Positions 11,742 to 23,823 of a stretch of 64,000 nt of DNA are shown here, one piece after another (within the stretch, counting starts at the first letter, position 1; each line of letters starts with the position of its first letter). The stretch comes from Ascidiella aspersa (lineage: Eukaryota): contig OZ004607.1 of the NCBI GenBank assembly GCA_963924565.1, positions 25,358,001 to 25,422,000 on the forward strand, given 5' to 3'. The position numbers and the translations under genes were made by a program. The notes under the pieces were generated by a model. The model did no database searches, was not told where the DNA came from, and saw nothing but the letters and a program-made list of their open reading frames with translations.

Positions 11742-13400
11742 ATGCCTTGTTTCCCTGCGTCTTTACAAGCACCTGTAAAAAGTTATCTTAGACCTGGAAC
11801 ATGGATGCCCGGATTACGAAGTCATCATTGTCACACTGAAAAGTAACTTATCAGCGTAAATTAGCATATTGATTTGTATCCAAATCAATAGGTCCAAAGA
11901 ACTGTAATGCGGTCGAACGGTCCAGTTTTCTGTTATCAAGCCAACTAATCTGTATTTTAGTTGGAAAATAAATGGAGACCCTTCACACTGCATTGAAGAA
12001 ACAGTCATTGCAATTGAACATCTTAATGAGGCTGAACACCCGTCAGAGTATTATGTAAACAGGGTAAGTATCCACTTATTGTTGTATAACACTTAACACT
12101 AATGGAAGTTGCTTTATTGTTCTGAGCGCTCTTATGCTGGTAATGAAGTAACTATCTAGGTCTATCAATTTGTTAAACAAATACAACCGTGCTTAATCTA
12201 AATTCTATCCCATAACAAATAAAAATAATTTATAAGTTTAATTTAAATTTGTCTTTCTTAAATACAATTTATAAATCTGTTAAACATTTAATGCTTTTTG
12301 GTATTCTGTTGTATATGTCTTTTTCCCTTGTTAGTTCAGTTTTATAGATCATACAATCTAAAATGTATAGTATAATCTATATATATTGGTAAGATAAGCT
12401 CAGAATCTTAAATGCAATTGGCTTTCCAGCACAAATGTTTCAAGTCCTTTAAATTGTATGAAAAGAAATCTTAATACAGAGAGTGCAGCCTGTTGACTTT
12501 TCTCTTAGTAAGAAAATAAGTGTTTATTAAAGGCCTTGTAAATTAAAGGATGCCAAGCATTTATTGTTCAATTTTTAACTGTTGAAAAACTTTTCAAACC
12601 ATGTTTACTTTGTTATATAGATAAGGCATGATGAAAACTGGATACAGATATTTTGTTACACTCCGGCAGGCTGGCTTGATGTAATGGAACTCACTTTTTT
12701 ATCTTGTGGTTTAGATTCTTCATTGGCCAAGGTAAAATTGCACTGAAAAATATAGTACACCTTTTGGTACATTGTAGGCAATAAACTGTTGCTATTACAA
12801 AATTTTCATTTATTCATTTTATGTGCGGTAAAATAAATCCTTCTTCATCTGGTCTTAACTTTAAATGATATCCCAATCAACAGAAAACAATACTAAACTT
12901 TGTTCAGGTTTATTCATATTCAACCGGAGCTTTGCCTGCCTGGTTTCCACTTGGATTTTTGTGTGATGTTGTAAGTATCTGTTTTGAATTGACTTTTCAT
13001 TTATATAAACTATGATATATTTTGTTACTTATAAAGTTAAGTTAGTTTTATGTTTATTTATAAAAAAATGACCCATTTTGTATACCTAAAAAGATTATTT
13101 TACAAATAGCTTTGCATGGCACTATTTAAAAAAAAAGTTTTTTCGACATCATAGAAATTGTACACTGCCATTTTCAGAATAGAGTTGTCTTATTATTATT
13201 TACAGGCATTGTGCTGGTGCCCAATTGTGGGCGGCGAAAATAACATTACAAGATGTCAAATAGTCCGGGAAGCATTGCCATTTGTAGTCGACTTGGTTGA
13301 TCAAAATGAAAGCGACCTACTGATACCAAAACAAAACCGACAGAAGCAAAGCCTGTCCTTCAATCAACTAAATGACCAGTTAGCAAAAAAGTGTAGTTAA
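11742..13400 (+). CDS. Uncharacterised 190-aa protein, possibly DUF1499-like
   Basis: Exons 11742-11842, 11961-12063, 12621-12731, 12908-12970, 13206-13400. GT-AG with all phases compatible, 573 nt open: MPCFPASLQAPVKSYLRPGTWMPGLRSHHCHTENWKING...WIQIFCYTPAGWLDVMELTF...KVYSYSTGALPAWFPLGFLCDVALCWCPIVGGENNITRCQIVREAL...KKCS*. The gene structure is firm; the family is inference. Confidence 0.85.
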
Positions 13401-16400
13401 TCGTGTGTTTTCATACATCTCCTAAGCTGTTTGTGCCGTTTTCTGTGCTGTTATACACAAGACAGAAACCTTGAATAGAGCATATAGGGTTTGACATTCA
13501 AAACAACAACAGCTATTGATACGTGAGTCAAGGTTCAACTAAATGTGAATAGAACCGTTTTTTAGGGATTTATTTTTTGTTGTACTGCCATTAAGTTCAT
13601 ATCCTTTATGCTTTGTATCTTCAAATCACATTTTTAATTTTATGTTTATTTTGTTGTTTGTATTTCTTTTATCGGATGTTGCTCCATTGCCTTGTTGTGT
13701 TTGCGAGATCAGGTTGACTTTATAAAACGTTGTAAGCTGTACAGTAAAGAATATATTGTCGCGTACTGTAAATACGCCAACACACAGATACGTTTTTATA
13801 GATATTTGTAAATATAAATTTTGTGTTTTTATTGCACAGTCTGATTAAGTTTGTGGTACCAAAGTTATCCCATTCTACTTCCAAGAAAATGCCGTGCTAC
13901 CTTATTGTATGCATATTTTTTGCGTTTTTATTGGTATTATATTTAATGTTGTTTTTAATGTGTATAGCAGTTTCGTTGCAATAAAAGGGTTGCAGTAATT
14001 ACTACATGCAACATAACCTGTTTTACTACTCGTCGGCTTATTAAAAAAAAACAGCAAATGACTATTGAACTAACCGCTGAACGGGAGATCAGTAACCTTG
14101 CCACTTGGAGTGCGCATAGTAATCCAAAACTAATATCCTAATAACATCACAAACCGATAGCGTTTTTTATTAATAAATAAAATAACGTAAAAGCCCGCGG
14201 GCCGTAGGTTGCCGACCCCTGTTTTAGACTTTAGGTCTAGCAATAGTATACAATTGGGGCTTTCTGTCGCTAACTGATATTCTCAAACGTTCACAAAGAT
14301 TAACATTTGGGAGTCTCGTTCTATGCTTGATTTTTTTTACAAAATTCAACAACACTGTCAATTGGTATCCACATGAAAATACTGTACAAAGTTTTTTTTA
14401 AGACTACATTAGAAGATCCACACAAAAAGTTGAAAAGATCAGGGACCGGATCGAGATCCGCCATTTAAACCACCGAGCTATACCTTGTTTTGATAATATA
14501 TTTTAAAACCCATAATCATCATCAACACTAAATTACAGGCCATGGTCCCCTGACAGATCTAGTTTTGCCGCCTCATGCTAATCTTGTCTAGGTTTATGGT
14601 GCCATATATTTTGGTTTGCTTTAATTTTTAAATGTGTTTTATCGAGTTTTCGCTTTTGCTTTTTGCCAAAAATCCTCAACATAATTCACTGGATTTCATT
14701 TAACGCGAATTAAGTTACTTGTTTTCTGACTTGATTGTCCATCCCCGGGTTTGTTATAACATGGGGCGTTTAAATAACCTGTCAAGTCAAAGGGGGCGCT
14801 AGTACAAAAAGGTTGAAAACAATGCTTTAAAGCAACAGTTGTAAAATTAGTAGCTAGGTTGCGCTAAAACGTTCCACGGGCTGGCACTCGAGAAACAAGT
14901 TAACAAATTGTCGATTTTAAACAAATGCGGATCGGGAACCGTTATTCAGAACATAGACTTTGCAGAACCGACCTTCCTTAACTGCTGACCTTCCTGGTGT
15001 AGCCATCATAAATTAAATTTACGATAAACGCAACAAAATAAAGTTTAAAATATTAGGACAAACGAAGTAAGTTCTCATGGGACCAGGACTTTTTTGAGGG
15101 GGCTGATACTTTAAAAAACTCTGTTGTGTTACTACTTAACTAGATAAAAAAAACAAAAAAACTCACGCTTATTTTATTAATCGCAAATACAGATTACAGT
15201 CAAAATTATTTGCATTGATTTTTCAAATGCCATTTCTAAAGCACTTTAGGTAGTCTAATTTTTAGTTCAGATACCAATTTTATGAGTCTAGATAACAAGA
15301 TAAATGTTTTGAAACCGCGTATAAGGACAGCTTTACAAATCGTTTTTACGGATTTCACGGTGTAGTAGCATTAAAAATACATTTCTTTGACAGATTGCAG
15401 TCTCGTTTATGGCGTTCCACGTATGAAATATTTACGAGATATGGTTCACCAATTAGCCGGACTGCATCTTGCCCATATGCATTGTTATGAATTTGGTTTT
15501 ATCAGGTATAGGATTTGAATGACAAGTGATAAAAAAAAGTTTGTTAAAATTACAATCAGCAGTTAATTTACTTTCCGTCGGACCTCCGCTGAATGCAGAT
15601 GTAGGCTAAGCAAAACTTTTGTGAGAAATACATAGGGTTTGCTGAAATGTAACTCATTAGTTTAGAAAACTCACTTTATCAACTTTCATGAATGAAAGTC
15701 GTCCTACTGTTATGGCAAAAGCTAGCAACTTCAATTATTATATTTCCCAATAATAACGTCGGCAGGTATATGCAAATATTTGAATAACAGGTGCAGACGC
15801 GGATTAAGGGACAGGAGGTCATGGCCCGTCCCATACTATGTTTAGCAAATCATAATCACATAAAGGTAAACTACTGTCCGATTATTTTTCGCTTCTTGTA
15901 TGTTTTTTAGCATTTATAGCAGACGTTTTTAACCAAGCGAGGGGAATTTGAAAGTTTCTATACCAAGTTTTCTCATTTTGATGTACAATTTTTTGGAATT
16001 TGTTTATTGAACGCCACTTGTGGAATATGTTAGGGGAGCTCAACTGCTAATTTTACAAACTATTGCTTTAAAAGCTTTCGGTTTCTTGTATTGTTAGGAT
16101 ATTAGTGTGACAGGTTTCCTATTTTTTACTTTTTGCATTTAATTAGCGCATATACTCGACCAGATGACATTTTTTCGGAAACCACATGTTGATTAACATT
16201 TTGCATACCGGTATATGTTTTCCAATCGGTGAGGCGTTGGTCAGGATTGCTAGAAAGAGCATATGGCGTCAATGAGAAAGTAAACGAATTTTTATAAGGA
16301 GGAACATATACATAAGTCGTGGAAATGTTGAGTTTGTGAAAGAAGTCGTAGTTTTGTGATTTTTTATCGTTAGTATAAATGGTTTATTATTGATATTAGT

Positions 16401-19400
16401 GGTGCAAAATTATTATTTGTTTGCTCCGTTAAATGTTTTATTAGGGCAAGCGCATCCTGCCTTGTGTTACACGTGTAGTTTCGCTTGACCTATGACTTAA
16501 TTCTATAGCTAAACTAAAATTCCATACAGCTTTGGACCTGAAGGTTCAACGCTCTTACCTACAAATTGAATCTTACTATATGTGTCCAAATTATCCAATA
16601 AATCGATCAACCGAGTAATCATTTTTGACCAATACATCATAAAACCTTGTGATGTGTGGGATTAGAAAATGGATTAGAGTTGAAATTATTAGGGGAGTTA
16701 GTAATGTACTCAGGAATGGGCTGTTGGGTTAGGTAAAATGTTGTATAGGCCTGATTATGGTCATTTAGGACTTATTCCGACAGATTTAAGACCTATTCCG
16801 ATGTATACGTTATAACGACTATGAGGTCTTAGTCCTATTTTGGCAAACTGTGTAAACTTTCTTTTCTTGCTTACAAAAAATAGGAATCCAGTGCAGGTTG
16901 GTCAAAATCCAGGACTGCGGGCCACATGTGGCCATGGACAGTATTAACTGCTATCGACCGATGAACCTTGGCTAATTTGCGAAAAACTTATTTCGTTGGG
17001 AAGGTACAGTGTTCTTGTCCAACATATATTCAGAAAATATACAAGAAAAGCATGGAGGATTCATGGGTCGTGGGGCAACAGACCATGGATCCGGTAAAAT
17101 AAAATTGTTTGCCAACTTAGCTGCTTTTCAATTTGGTGCAAATGCTTTCAGCCAAAAGGCGTCGTGCATATTATGACATTTTTTTGCCGTTTGTTTGCGA
17201 AATTTGTTTGGTTAAACGATAAAAATTAGCGCGCTTTTAGAAAATATTTTTCTCACGCTTTTCTGTGTGACTATAGAAACTATCGCCGTGTGGACACGAG
17301 CTATCTATAAAGTAATGTTCCTGTGAAGTCCATCTAGTAACTAGTTATTTAATTTTTGCGTTTTACGTCTTTGCAATACGATCCCAATAATTTATTTTCA
17401 AACTCATGGTGGTTGTATCGGGGAATGTGTTTATTACGTGTGCAATATTTTTTCGAGATCCACGCGATTGAACTTTTCCACAGATGCTTATTTTTATGAG
17501 TTCGCATAAGATTAGCGTTTTTTTCTACAATTACTTGTTTCATTACGTCACGTTATAATGTAAACACTAAACTAATACTAACTTATTGTTTTTTTATCCA
17601 GCGAATATACGCTTATAAAAATAATGTGCACCAAGGTGATGACAATATTGAAACACCTGATTTAGTGATTGCGGCTTGCAGGAAAATCAAAATGGTTTTA
17701 TTTGCCCCCCAGAGCAATTTGAGTTTAACAACCCTGGTGTAACTGGAAAATACTTGTTTGATTCTGCTTTTCAGAGGTAGTAGAATTGTAAACAAGATAA
17801 AGGCATAATTAGATCTTATGCAATAATACCTCTTTAGGCAGAATAAATCACGTTTTAGTTGAGGATAAAATTCGCTTCATATGCACATTAGCTCAAGTCA
17901 TGAGGAGAGCCCAGCAGTGATTAAGGTCGAAAGTCTGAATAAACAACAGTCCACGTATTTTTTTGCAAACGAGACAAAACAATTTGAGACTGTGTTAATT
18001 CCTTAACAAAACGCAGCAGAGCGTTTTATGTATTTGTGACCTCTTTTTCATTACGTCAGCAAATCTTGTTTTCTTTAAAATATTATTCGGCGAAGTTTAT
18101 TACTGATGATTTGGGACTAAAATAGAGAATGATAAGCTTGTAATTTCAAACAAGTTATACTCTCTTAATTCGTAGTGACATATAGGTATATTTGCAGGTG
18201 CTGTTTTTACAGGTGGGAGTTAGTTTTTAATTGCGGTTAAAGGAGTGTCAGCGAATCTTTACAGCAAGGCGTCGTGAGTACCACGGTACCCTCTAAATTA
18301 AATGAAAGCGCTGTTAACAAAATGTAAAGATATGCACTTTTCACACATATCTAGACTTTTAAACATCAACAGACAACATAATATGAGAAATATAACAGTT
18401 TAAATGACTTTTTTGGCAAACTGAAACCAGCTGTTTTGCGCATTTCTTGAACGCATTGCAGCCTCCTTCTTCAATGTATTGACACTGGTTTAAAATTGTA
18501 CTTTTGCGACGATGTTGACCTAAATAACAGCCTTTGGTGCACCTCCAGAGGTCTCTGCCCTTTGAAACGTCCATAGAATGGAGACTATTTAGTGAAAGAG
18601 CCACGTGCATCTTACCGTGTCGGAACTGTGTTTATAAACGTCGGTTGTTGCTGTTGCGACACAAAAGATACGAATCGCTCGCCTTCGCTCTGCTCATCGT
18701 AAAATGTAAGCTCACTAGTCACTATAATAGTAATCGGTGTTACTGTTTTACTGCAGGCGGCTGTCGTTGCGTAGGAAATCATGTAAGCGCCACAGTCGAT
18801 GATATATTTGTTGCAGTGACACTGAGCTATTCCGACTATTTTATTCGATCAGTTATACAACAGACTGTTTATCTATAGGCGGCGTTCTAAGTAAGCATAA
18901 TTGTGCTATTACATGCCTCAAATGATTCACTACGATTCTTTTTAATACGTGAAAGGTAAAAGTAGGCTAACACCTTAAGTTATAAAGGTAATAGCATACC
19001 TTTCTGTATAGTTTTAATTATAATTGAAATCCCTTTTTACTGGAATATGTTGTCTTAAACCAACATAAATCCAGTGTTTTTAAATATACTCAATAGTCAT
19101 GCTCTACGTATTTTTGAAGGCTCTTTGTATGTGTTGTTATTCAAAACTACAAAACGCAGGCCGCAGGGTTATTTGTTTACCTGTATTTGTGCAGCCTCTT
19201 TGTCAGCAGAAACGCCAAGTCGTTTTTCTACTGCTGGCCAAAGTCCGTGTTGCTTGTTGCGAAACGGAGTAGAGGCTTGCTGACTGTGCTGCAGTGGCTT
19301 AGTTGCGTCACAAGCTGCTTGCGATTTTGCTCTGTGCTAAAGCGCACATCGTCAACAACAGCGCTTTCCGTCAGAGAGGTTACTCTCGGTCATCGCCGAG

Positions 19401-19952
19401 AGAGTTTGTACCGCTATATCAAAACGGGTAAGCCTGTAACCAGGCGTATCGAGCTTGTTTGCGCATCGACGACGTACTGTGTTGTTCAAAGACTGAGAAG
19501 AAAAGTACTGGAGCCAGCGGTGATTGCAGTGCCTTTGTCTACGAAGTGCAAAGCAGAACACACATATGATCAAGCTACAGGTCAGAAGCGCTGCTCAACT
19601 TTCTGGTGAAATTAAATATTTATTGCTCATTGTTGGAACTAGGAGTCTGTCGTGGTTCACATGAAGTGCAAGGTTTTTGTGTGCTACGAGTGATTTGCCG
19701 TGCATTTGATACGTTAGTGATCAAGCAAAGTGTTGAACAAATTTAATTACGAATTTATGCCGTGGCTTTAAACTTCAGCGCGGCTTTTGTAATTGCGGCC
19801 ATTTAATTAACCGCGAATTATATTTGATTGCCTTCGAACCCTAATTTTTAGTATTCATTGTATGCGATATATATCTATCGAAAATTTTCAACCTGAACCT
19901 TAGAATATTGAAGTAATTAAATATTGTCGTTTTGTTGTAGGTTTTGAGGTAT

Positions 19953-22900
19953 ATGGGCATACTGACCGTCATGAAACTAGGAGTTTTTGCTGTTTCTGCG
20001 TTATCTCTGCTTATCGCTCTAACATGGATTGTGATTTACTGTCCAGTCGGTAAGCACATAGGCTATTTACTACTGTTTTGGAAGCATGGCAGACATCACA
20101 TGTAGCCTACCTAAATATATGTAGCTAGTTTTCAAGTTTGAAGATTTGGATTTGTGGCCACGATTTTAAGATAAACGGTTAAAAATGTTATAGTCACATA
20201 TCAACAAGATATCTCTAAACATCGCGCTACGCAATGAATTATTTTCAAAACCAAACAAAACGCTCGAGTATTCGATTACAGCGTTTTTGTGTCCCACGCA
20301 CAAGCCGGTAATTGGTTACAATTACGTGACAAATACTAGTCTAGGCCTAAGCTTAAAATGTGGTGGACTGTGGGCATGTAGGATTAGACGGTAAAAAGGT
20401 GTTTCATGACCCACATTGCGGGACTTATCCAATAAAAATCTTGGTCAAGCGTTATCAAGTTGTTGACTTTGGGTTTTCTTTGTTAGAGAAGTCCGAAGTC
20501 CAAACAATAGATTTGCTCTCTCACGTGTTGGGCAGGTTCTCCGTGCTTCACAGTCTACTGACTTTGTTTTTCAGGATTTGTCAAAGGAAAACCTGGACTT
20601 GTGGAGGCAAATGTACATACCGGTAGCAACAGGTCAGTAGGTCAGAATCAACGATATAACCGTTACCCGTTTGTTTGAAATATACACCACTCATTACTTT
20701 GTAGGCAAATAAATTATAATCGAGATCCAATTTTCTTTTGGTCTGGTTTACACTGTAGTGTGACGAACCCTGCTTGGGTTGAATAAGTGGCAGAATTGTT
20801 TGTTCAATTTACCACAACATTATGCTTTCTTACGTCTCTACTAAAGCAAACAAAAGCGCATATCTTCGGCTAACCGGCTTACATATGGTCTCAGTTTAGC
20901 AAACCGTGACACACTCGAATTATACAAAAAAAATGAACTTTGATCACTACCACTGTTAACGCACTCGCGTTGTGAGTAAGTTATGAGTGAAAAACGATAC
21001 TGAATTTTTGTCTTGTATGTTGTATCCCTTTAGAAATGATATGTCGATGGACGAGTACTTCGACCACTACGAGGAACAACTGGACAGTGAAATAAAACAA
21101 ATAAAATCCAACGGAAAGACGATGGACAAATCACTCAAAACAAATAGCAGAAAGGTTTGTTATTGTTGTTTAGGCACGTGTTATTTTTTTTTACTTACAT
21201 ATTGACATAAATTTATCTAAAGACAAAACCTTGTCCAGTTTTGTGTAGAAAGCATTAACTTAAAAACTTACATTATTGCAGTGTAAATGTTAAACTTAAA
21301 AGTAGGTTTTTACGATTTAAAAGTCCAGCATACACGTTTACAGGCAGAGGTTCCCATGGAATTGTACACAGATGATGCCTTTCAGTCTATGATAAGTCAA
21401 CTTAATAAAAGGCAACTTAATGGATACGAGTTCCTTGCAGAGTCTATGAATGTCACGATATTTCGAACACCAAAGGGAGTAAGTTTTAAATAGTTTCTGT
21501 ATAGATCTTGTTTTGATAGCGTACTCCTGATGTTAATAAAATGTTTTCAAAAAAATTTAAACTAAAATTTGTGTGAGTGTGTCACTTCAGACAACTTTAG
21601 TATAAGCGCAACGTAATGTAGGTCCAATCACAAATTTGTTTGCTATACACTTCTGGTGCTAAAGTAAAAAAAACGTTTTGGAAAGTCTTGTTTGTCTTTG
21701 ACATTGCTAATGAAATTTTTATTTCATCAGAACGAGGGTTTGTACGAATACAAGCTTTATGCGACTTTGCCAGACGCTACCCCAGATATGATAGCCGCCG
21801 TCTTTCTGGACAATAAGTACCGAGTGGTGTGGGACGAATATGTTACAGGTAAGGTCACCTGTCCCAATATGATTTCTGATAACAGGGATACGCAATATTT
21901 GAGTACTGTAATGCAACACCCGTGTTTGCACAGACCAGGTGGAGACTGTTTTCTGTCGCTTAATCTTCCGGACTTCGCCCTTCAAATTGTAAACGTGGAC
22001 AAAGCACTTTGGAATGCTTAACGATAGCTTGGCTGCTGTAATCGTTCGGCCACTAACTATTTTTGCCTTGCGATTAACGGTTAATTCATAATGCAATAGG
22101 CTAAAATGGTGTTATTTGATTGACTTACTTCACTCGTCTTATGGCAATAATTTGACTTATTTTATCTAGCAATAAATTTCTAAAAAAAATGTTTTTGTCT
22201 ATTCAGAATTATACGTGGTGCAAGACAACGAAAAAGGTCCTGATGTTATATATTTCAACGTAGACTTCCCCTGGCCGCTTGCCAACAGAGATGTATGTCT
22301 AGATATAAAATCATGCTTAATAGTTTTAAAATCGAATTTTAGTTTTCCTAAATAGTAATTGTTATGCCATACGGTATATCACAGTCAATCTAATTTCTAT
22401 ATCGTAGAGCAGGGGTCACCAATTTTTGTATCATAAAGCGCCAGATAACGTTTAGGTCCGATGATCTTTGGCCTGATAAATTGTTAAGATGGCCAAACGC
22501 TGGCTGGGTATAAAATTTTGTGTCGAATGTTAACAATAAGAAGATGATGGTTTGAGGTTGTAAAACGTATTAAGAATGTGAAAGCCCACACATAAGTAGG
22601 TATCATTGTGTATCATTTTTTGTTTCGAATAATCTCGATATAAATTTTCAACATAGTGAGAAGGCACTGAATCAGTCTTAACAAGATGAGTGTATGAAAT
22701 GGTAAAATTTAGTTTGAGATTGCATCCGACAACACTTTATCTTAGGTTTATCTTAAATTAGGGCAATATGGCGAGGCAAAATTAACACCGCCGGTCGATC
22801 CTAGAACGTAAGGAGTACTTTTGTTTCTACTCTTAGTACGTATACGCAAGAGAAACGCGGAAAGTCAAACAAGACGGCAAAGAATACATTGTCATCGTCA

Positions 22901-23823
22901 TGCACAGCGTTCAAAAGCACAATGTGCCAGAAGTTAAAGGTGCTATACGGGTCAATGATTACCACCAGTCCCTTGCCCTGGAGCCGTGGAACGGCAAGGG
23001 CACCAAGGGTAAGTTAACGTTAAAGTATCCGACCTGGGATGCAGATTCGTTTCACCTTACCCGTACCGGTAAGCCGGTCAGGTTAAATGCATATGCCCAA
23101 CTTAACGCCGGAATAATAATCGCTAAACTTACTCCAGAATACATTTGTCTAATATTTAGGGTCGATAAGGGTTTGAACGGAATATAAAACAGTATATAAG
23201 AGTACAGATCACGAATGGCATAACATGTAGGCTTGACGACAACACACATTTGCTGTGAAGGCCGCGCGAAACATACTGCATACACTGTGTGACGCCAAGT
23301 GGTCGCACAGAACGCGCCTTGTCACTCGCTTTGTTTACAATTGATCAACCACAGCGCCGTTATGCCTGTTAATTTTATGCTTTAGTTATAAATGCTGTTT
23401 ATGACGGCGTCATTTTCTCCCCACCGTCTAGTCTGCTACTTAGGCTTAAGTTAGTTATTTTTTTTGTGGTTTTACTCGTGGCTCGCAAACAAAAGCATTG
23501 TGTATTTGTGGGTCTGATTTTGTATTAATAAACTAACTGGTTTTGCCTATTTTTTTGCAGCGTTTATTCAGTATTACGATAATCCCAAGGGATCGATACC
23601 ATCGTGGCTGGTTAACTGGGCTGCCAAGGTAAACATTTCTCGTAATATTTAATAAGATTGAACGTTTGCGTTCAACAACACTTGTCTTCCTATTTTTCTG
23701 TACTTATTTCCTGTGTGTGTTTAGACTGGAGTTCCAGCTTTCATGAAGGATTTGCAGCGCGCTTGTAAAGGTCTGCCGGCGTTCCTGGAAAAAACCCACG
23801 GTAAAGCAGTGGTGATCGAATGA
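19953..23823 (+). CDS. PCTP: Phosphatidylcholine transfer protein-like START-domain protein with hydrophobic N-terminal extension (~317 aa)
   Basis: Exons 19953-20049, 20575-20632, 21034-21154, 21344-21478, 21731-21848, 22207-22292, 22837-23008, 23561-23628, 23725-23823; phases consistent. Motifs GLYEYK, YRVVWDEYV, FPWPLANRDYVY, IRVNDYHQSLA and DNPKGSIPSWLVNWAAKTGVPAFMKDL match STARD2/PCTP. Confidence 0.9.

Noticed and set aside
18534-19609. ORFs 18534-18878 and 19187-19609 as genes
   Set aside because: Non-ATG starts, no recognisable motifs or consistent exon structure; more likely the PCTP promoter or 5' UTR. A short MIKLQ exon (19566-19580) is phase-compatible with PCTP but unsupported.
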